Shown here in pieces: positions 58,910 through 64,000 of a DNA stretch of 64,000 nt (positions within the stretch are counted from its first letter, which is position 1; every line of letters starts with the position of its first letter). The notes under the pieces were generated by a model. That model was not told the DNA's origin. It searched no databases and worked only from the letters and a program-made list of their open reading frames with translations. The position numbers were made by a program, and so were the translations under genes. The DNA is from Candidatus Omnitrophota bacterium (GTDB taxonomy: Bacteria; Ratteibacteria; UBA8468; B48-G9; JAFGKM01): assembly GCA_016928555.1 (NCBI GenBank), contig JAFGKM010000047.1, positions 462-64,461 of the forward strand, written 5' to 3'.

Positions 58910-59521
58910 ATGGATACGGCGAATCTCTTCAGAAAAATAGCCCTGCTTAAGAACGAACGCCTGCTTATAGACTGCCATATCATAAAAGGCAAGATAACAG
59001 ATATCTATAAAACGGGCGAAATAATTTACATACTCGAACCTGATTCGGTATTCCACACCTCCGGCATGGAACAGCACGGCACGCTCTTTTTCGACGCAAT
59101 GGGAGAAAGCTGTTTTGTGTTTGGCAAGATATTCTTTCAGCCGCCTGAAAAAATAGTGCTGATTCCCAAGGGACCGACGGGCATCAATAAAAGGGGCGAA
59201 ACACGCATCGAGACGCCTGCCCTTCCTGCGGAGATATCCGCCCATCACGGACTCATGAATTTCAAAACCAGAGGCACTATACTGAATCTATCCCTGAAAG
59301 GAGCGGCGGTGCTGACTCCCAAGGAGCTTAAAGGCTCAGTTGTTTATCTTCTTAAGACCTTTTTCCCTTTTCATGACCAATCTCTGCGGTTTACGTGCCC
59401 TTTTGTAAAACAGCACTGTACGGGCAAACAGAATATGTTTCTTGCCGGAATCTCATTTATAGATATGGAGGAGCCGTCAGGGAACAACCTTGTTAAATAT
59501 CTCAAGAGAAAAAACGCCTGA
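58910..59521 (+). CDS. PilZ domain protein (c-di-GMP binding)
   Basis: RGETR (RxxxR) followed 25 aa later by NLSLKG (D/NxSxxG). RBS AAAGGAG. Confidence 0.55.
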   Translation: MDTANLFRKIALLKNERLLIDCHIIKGKITDIYKTGEIIYILEPDSVFHTSGMEQHGTLFFDAMGESCFVFGKIFFQPPEKIVLIPKGPTGINKRGETRIETPALPAEISAHHGLMNFKTRGTILNLSLKGAAVLTPKELKGSVVYLLKTFFPFHDQSLRFTCPFVKQHCTGKQNMFLAGISFIDMEEPSGNNLVKYLKRKNA

Positions 59522-59585
59522 CTTTTTTCAAAACAGGATAAAAAAAGTTGATTTTATAATATCCAAAGGTTAAAATGTAAAAACT

Positions 59586-59963
59586 ATGGAAAAAAAACAC
59601 AAAAGGATTCTTGTGATTGACGATGAACCGGATTCGCTTATGACGCTTTCCATGGCTCTGAAATCACTGGGATATGTGGTTCTCGGAGCCCTGAACGGCA
59701 AAGAAGGGCTGAAGATTTTCAGAGAGGAAAAGCCCGACCTTGTGATACTTGATATTGTCATGCCTCTTATGGACGGATGGGAAGTGCTGAAAAGAATAAA
59801 AGCCGGGTTTAAGAGCAAACGCGTTCCAGTAATACTTATAACAGGCAAAAGCGAGGAAGAGAGCAAAGAGAAAAGTTACAGATACAAAGCCGATTTCTAT
59901 GTGACCAAGCCTTATGATTTAAAACACCTTATACTGACCATAGAGGATATGCTGTCGGAATAG
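59586..59963 (+). CDS. response regulator receiver domain protein (CheY-like, single domain)
   Basis: ILVIDDEPD, phospho-acceptor D in LVILDIVMP, conserved T and K (ILITGKS). Confidence 0.8.
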   Translation: MEKKHKRILVIDDEPDSLMTLSMALKSLGYVVLGALNGKEGLKIFREEKPDLVILDIVMPLMDGWEVLKRIKAGFKSKRVPVILITGKSEEESKEKSYRYKADFYVTKPYDLKHLILTIEDMLSE

Positions 59964-60081
59964 CACATACAAACTTTTACGCCAGTCATCTTTCGAATGT
60001 AAAACTGAAGTCTTATTGCATTTGATAACTGTGTTGATAAAATAATTCAATAAGGACCTGCACATTTTGTGCTAATGCTTG

Positions 60082-60099
60082 AAAAAAAAGGGGGGGGGG
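60082..60099 (+). repeat. homopolymeric tract A8 followed by G10 immediately preceding the ATG of the surface beta-helix protein
   Basis: gAAAAAAAAGGGGGGGGGG then ATG at 60100. The G-tract occupies the SD/spacer position. Confidence 0.9.
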
Positions 60100-62904
60100 A
60101 TGGACAAGTGCTTGAGAAAGAAAGGCATTGTTGCGGCATTTTTTGCTTTTCTGATGACGTTTTTTCTCGGAATTTGCCCGGCATCTTCAGCGGCAACATT
60201 GACGGTTGACGACAGCGGCGGAGCGGATTATACAACCATTCAGGACGCAATAGACAATGCGGGAGACAGCGATACAATTCTCGTATCTCCGGGGACATAC
60301 AACGAACAATTGATGATTGACGTGGACGAATTAACCATTCAGTCCACGGACGGGGCGGCTACCACCATTATAAATTGTCCCACGACAGTTGCTCCCGGCG
60401 GGATAACATTTGATACCAGCGGAACAACTTTTGACGGCTTTACGGTACAGGATTTCTCCGATACATCCAGCGAAAGCAAAATTTTCAGGGTGGGTTTGCC
60501 TCCGAATACCGCAGACCAGAACCTAATCAAGAACTGCGTCATACAGGGCAACCTAAATCAAGGAGGAGTGACATACCAGACCGACTACGGAATTCTCGTC
60601 TACGGTTCCGACAACCAGATAACAGACAATGAAATTTTTGACATGGGGTATATGGGCATTAACGTTGTCGGCACGCCGCACTCTGAAGCCGCAAACAATA
60701 TTATCAGCGGCAACAATATCCACAACATAGGCATCTATGCCATAGGAGTTGACAGGAGTCCAAACAACAATGTCATTATAACCGAAAACCAGATTTCCAA
60801 TCTCGTCGGCGGCGACTTATGGGGCTATTATTACGACCCCAACCTTTACTGCTACGCCATCGTTGCATGGGGCGCATCTGCCGAAGGCACGGTTATAAGC
60901 GGACATAATCTTTCGGGAATTCCCAACGGCATAGTTCTTTCATCTGCCTGCGGCGTTTATGTCCTGGAGAATACCATAACCGCTGACAACGTCGGATTAA
61001 GAATAAGCTGGACATCATGGGTGGGCGATATCCCCGACAACAATGTTATTGCTGGAAACACCATTACGGGATGCGGCACGGGAGTAGTTATCAGCCCCGG
61101 GGCGGGAAGCATCGGAACAGATAACTTCCTCGGTTTCAACAATATCTACGGCAACACGATTGGAGCGGATAACCTCGGAACGGAAATCTTCACAGCGGAA
61201 AAGAACTGGTGGGGAGATGCAAGCGGGCCTTATCATTCCGATACCAATCCCGGAGGACTGGGGAACGAGGTAAGCGACTACATTGACTATGAGCCATGGT
61301 TCGGAGCGGAGATAACCGACCTTATAATTATTGATTCTGAAAACCCTTATGAAGAAAACGGCGATGCAGGCATAGCCGTTGACGTCGCTTTTGACGGAGG
61401 TACCGAAGGCATTGTTATCGTAGCAGCCTTCGGTGAGAACAATCCAACGGAAGATGATGATTTTGAGGGAAATTTCTTTGATGTTTTCATACCCGAACTC
61501 AGCGATATAGAAGAAGTAATTGTGAGGTTGTATTACAACGAGCTTTCCGCAAAAACGGCTTACTGGCACAACGTGGATGAATGGATAGTCTGTTCTGACC
61601 AGGAAGTCGTTGAAGGAACCGTTGTACTTGAAGGGGTTATTTATGACGGCTATGTCGAGGTAACCATAAACGACGGGACGTCTCCTTCTCTGGCAGACTT
61701 AACGGGAACGATAATGGCTCTCAGGGATACCCCTCTATACGATGACGTATCCGGACAGAGCAAGTGTTTCATAGCAACTGCGGCTTTCGGCTCCCCTTTT
61801 GAACGCCACGTCCAGGTTCTCAGGGAATTCAGGGATAAGTATCTTTTGACCAACCCTGCCGGACAGGCCTTTGTCAGGTGGTACTACAGCCACAGTCCGA
61901 AGTATGCCGCAGTTATAGCGCAAAATCCTGTGCTGAAAACTGCGGTAAGAGTTGCGCTGATGCCGTTTTTCGCAGCCGCCTTCCTTGCAGTAAAGGGCTT
62001 CCTTCCGTATCTACTTCTTGGCGCAGGGCTCTTCCTGCTGTCTTTGATTGGAAGAGCAAGAAAAGCCGCATTGACAATACTTGCAGCAGGACTGCTTTTC
62101 GGTTTTTCAGCAGGTTCCTATGCCGCCGACGGAAACCACTTTGACGTCTCCCCTGGTGAAAACTACTCTGTGACGGTTCCGACAACCCATACAATAGGCC
62201 ACTTCAACTGGGAAATGGATATCTTCTACTCCTACGCAAACAAAGCGCTTGAGGCGGAACTGGCGGGAACAGAGATGGACCTTGTAAAAAACCAGCATTT
62301 GCTCCAGGCCACGTTGACCTTCGGAATCTGCAATTTACAGCAGATATCGCTCGTTGTACCTTATATTGCCGACCAGCTTTCCGAGGTGGGCGGCACAGGG
62401 AAAAGCGGGATGGGAGACCTTTCTCTCATTTACAAATTCCGGTTTCCGACGCAGAATGAAAACGGATTCAAAGTAGCCGTTGCGCCGTATCTTCAGCTTG
62501 ATACCGGTAAAGACGGTATCTACATGAATGCAGGCGACTACGCTGTGGGAATTCGCGGAATAGTGGATAAACGACTTAACGAAAATCTGCTCTGGACGGG
62601 AAATATAGGTTACGCCTACCAGCCAAAAGAAGAACTGGGAAACAACATTGAGATAGAACATACACTGCTTTTCGGCATGGGCATGGTTTTCAATATACCA
62701 AAAACCTGTTCTTACATTTCCGCTGAGCTTTTCGGCAGAAGCGAAGATATGTTTGATACGGAGAACACGCCTGTTGAAGGCATCATCTCATACGGATTCG
62801 CAAAGGAACATACAACCTTCACAATCGGCGCAGGTCTTGGAGTGGTGGACGGTTACGGAGCGCCTGACTGGCGGTTATTTACAGGATTGCGTTTCGGGAT
62901 ATAA
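60100..62904 (+). CDS. secreted/surface protein: signal peptide, right-handed parallel beta-helix repeats, CFIATAAFGS-containing segment, hydrophobic helices, C-terminal outer-membrane beta-barrel-like domain
   Basis: Signal peptide MDKCLRKKGIVAAFFAFLMTFFLGICPASSAA. Repeated NxxIxGN beta-helix rungs. CFIATAAFGSPFERHVQVLREFRDKYLL. C-terminal about 270 aa with alternating amphipathic strands ending LRFGI. Track start 60079 is TTG inside the homopolymer. Confidence 0.7.
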   Translation: MDKCLRKKGIVAAFFAFLMTFFLGICPASSAATLTVDDSGGADYTTIQDAIDNAGDSDTILVSPGTYNEQLMIDVDELTIQSTDGAATTIINCPTTVAPGGITFDTSGTTFDGFTVQDFSDTSSESKIFRVGLPPNTADQNLIKNCVIQGNLNQGGVTYQTDYGILVYGSDNQITDNEIFDMGYMGINVVGTPHSEAANNIISGNNIHNIGIYAIGVDRSPNNNVIITENQISNLVGGDLWGYYYDPNLYCYAIVAWGASAEGTVISGHNLSGIPNGIVLSSACGVYVLENTITADNVGLRISWTSWVGDIPDNNVIAGNTITGCGTGVVISPGAGSIGTDNFLGFNNIYGNTIGADNLGTEIFTAEKNWWGDASGPYHSDTNPGGLGNEVSDYIDYEPWFGAEITDLIIIDSENPYEENGDAGIAVDVAFDGGTEGIVIVAAFGENNPTEDDDFEGNFFDVFIPELSDIEEVIVRLYYNELSAKTAYWHNVDEWIVCSDQEVVEGTVVLEGVIYDGYVEVTINDGTSPSLADLTGTIMALRDTPLYDDVSGQSKCFIATAAFGSPFERHVQVLREFRDKYLLTNPAGQAFVRWYYSHSPKYAAVIAQNPVLKTAVRVALMPFFAAAFLAVKGFLPYLLLGAGLFLLSLIGRARKAALTILAAGLLFGFSAGSYAADGNHFDVSPGENYSVTVPTTHTIGHFNWEMDIFYSYANKALEAELAGTEMDLVKNQHLLQATLTFGICNLQQISLVVPYIADQLSEVGGTGKSGMGDLSLIYKFRFPTQNENGFKVAVAPYLQLDTGKDGIYMNAGDYAVGIRGIVDKRLNENLLWTGNIGYAYQPKEELGNNIEIEHTLLFGMGMVFNIPKTCSYISAELFGRSEDMFDTENTPVEGIISYGFAKEHTTFTIGAGLGVVDGYGAPDWRLFTGLRFGI

Positions 62905-62956
62905 CATTATTGACCGCCGTTAATAAAAAGATAAAATTGCACAGTGAGGAACTGGC

Positions 62957-64000
62957 ATGATTATCGGTGTGCCGAAAGAAAGAAAAGTTGAAGAATACAG
63001 GGTTGGTATGCTTCCGGAAACGGTATCAGTTCTGGCCCGAAGAGGGCATAAAGTTCTGGTGGAAAGCAATGCGGGACTGGGTATCAATATAGAAAATAAG
63101 GAATTTGCCCGCGCCGGAGCCCGTATATGCCGTAATTCCGCGGATATATGGAAAAAGAGCGGATTGATTGTCAAGGTAAAGGAACCCCTGCCTGAAGAAT
63201 ATGAATTTTTAAGAGCCGGTCAGATAATATTCACTTTCTTCCATTTTGCAAGCAATATAGAGATGACAAAACATTTATTAACTAAAAAAACGGAATGTTT
63301 TTCTTATGAGCTTGTGGAAAAAAACGGGTGCCTTCCGGTTCTTGCCCCCATGAGCGAGGTTGCCGGAAAGCTTGCGGCACAGGAAGGCGCAAAGTACCTT
63401 GAAAAAGAGTATGGAGGGAAAGGGATATGCCTTAGCGGCGCGAAAGGAGTTAAAAAAGGAAAGGTTGTGATTATCGGCGGAGGCGTTGTCGGGACAAATG
63501 CCGCAAGGATAGCGCACGGAATGGGAGCTGAAGTCGTTATTATGGATAAATCCTATCCGAAAGTCTGCTCTTTGAAAAAGTGCATGAAAGCGGGATACAG
63601 AATTGTGCAGTCTGACAGGAAAAAGATAAGGAAGGAAATCAGGGATGCCGATGTCGTCATAGGCGCCGTACTGGTATCCGGGGCAAAAGCGCCAAAAGTA
63701 TTAAAAAAAGAAGACCTCAAAATCATGGAGGCGGGAACGGTCCTCGTGGATGTTGCAATCGACCAGGGCGGATGTTTTGAGACAAGCCGCCCCACTACCC
63801 ATGAAAACCCCGTGTATGAAAAAGAAGGCATTATACACTACTGCGTTGCCAACATGCCCGGGATTGTCCCAAGAACATCCACATATGCTCTGGTTGCGGC
63901 CACCGCGCCGTATATTGTTCTTCTGGCAGAAAACGGCATTTCTGCAGGAAAAAACAACAAACCCCTGTCCAGAAGCCATGCATTGTCCGGAGGCAAGATA
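62957..64000 (+). CDS. ald: alanine dehydrogenase, 3' partial (continues beyond window)
   Basis: MIIGVPKERKVEEYRVGMLPETV...GHKVLVESNAGLG, NAD motif VVIIGGGVVGTNAA. RBS GAGGA. Absent from track because it runs off the end. Confidence 0.8.
   Translation, partial: MIIGVPKERKVEEYRVGMLPETVSVLARRGHKVLVESNAGLGINIENKEFARAGARICRNSADIWKKSGLIVKVKEPLPEEYEFLRAGQIIFTFFHFASNIEMTKHLLTKKTECFSYELVEKNGCLPVLAPMSEVAGKLAAQEGAKYLEKEYGGKGICLSGAKGVKKGKVVIIGGGVVGTNAARIAHGMGAEVVIMDKSYPKVCSLKKCMKAGYRIVQSDRKKIRKEIRDADVVIGAVLVSGAKAPKVLKKEDLKIMEAGTVLVDVAIDQGGCFETSRPTTHENPVYEKEGIIHYCVANMPGIVPRTSTYALVAATAPYIVLLAENGISAGKNNKPLSRSHALSGGKI

Noticed and set aside
58718-59248. 176-aa minus-strand ORF overlapping the PilZ gene and its promoter
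   Set aside because: It overlaps a consensus promoter and an RBS-supported PilZ-domain gene on the other strand. It has an R/F-rich composition.
1-64000. CRISPR arrays and rRNA genes
   Set aside because: No regularly spaced short direct repeats with unique spacers were seen. No rRNA-like conserved blocks were seen. The only repeat families seen are the palindromic 5' module, the 34-bp tandem pair at fic and the IS3 inverted repeats.

Overview
This 64 kb window looks like a contig from an anaerobic bacterium of the PVC superphylum, most likely Planctomycetota. Two genes (14748..15344 and 20062..20814) encode prepilin proteins, one of them of the DUF1559 / H-X9-DG type. Note that many ORFs in the supplied track start at TTG or GTG and are over-extended; I re-called starts at the first supported ATG.

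Positions 1..11840 are an integrative accessory and defence island inserted at a tRNA-Thr(CGU) gene. It carries a tyrosine integrase, an excisionase-like HTH gene behind a perfect sigma70 promoter, a NERD nuclease with a topoisomerase-type zinc ribbon, and a complete Type III R-M system (mod and res). Downstream of the R-M genes, on the same strand, sits a 995-aa gene fusing an N-terminal PHP phosphoesterase domain to an SMC/Rad50-like ABC ATPase with a long coiled coil. A 3-TM protein and a partial unknown gene follow it and run off the window edge.

To the right of the tRNA lie a class II Fic protein and a degenerate IS3-family element inserted into the Fic upstream region. The rest is mostly chromosomal. 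It includes ABC-2 exporter genes, a photolyase, sugar isomerases and UroD-like methyltransferase paralogs. It also carries GlnRS, two FAD oxidoreductases, MgtE, a 2-oxoacid:ferredoxin oxidoreductase, PiT and a PhoU-like protein, CcdA, a phosphofructokinase, a B12 radical SAM enzyme and a K+/H+ antiporter. Near the right end are a PilZ gene and a response regulator, a 941-aa beta-helix surface protein and a partial alanine dehydrogenase.

The features I think most deserve a second look are these. (1) A tRNA-Asn(GUU) gene at 28787..29118 is split in the anticodon by a 260-nt group I intron whose core closely resembles the tRNA-Leu(UAA) and tRNA-Ile IC3 intron family. (2) A roughly 110-130 bp palindrome-flanked repeat occurs in five intergenic copies. 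Three of them sit immediately upstream of the three transcription units of an oxygen-detoxification cluster (rubredoxin/flavodiiron protein, rubrerythrin/superoxide reductase/Dps, and a small Cys-rich protein/flavoproteins/Grx/TrxR) next to a PerR-like regulator. (3) The PHP-ATPase, 3-TM protein and unknown gene trio lies in the defence island. (4) An A8G10 homopolymer tract lies directly at the start codon of the beta-helix surface protein. (5) A 41-aa Cys-rich protein is missing from the ORF track. (6) A structured leader with a U-tract lies upstream of the B12 radical SAM gene. No CRISPR array and no rRNA were seen.
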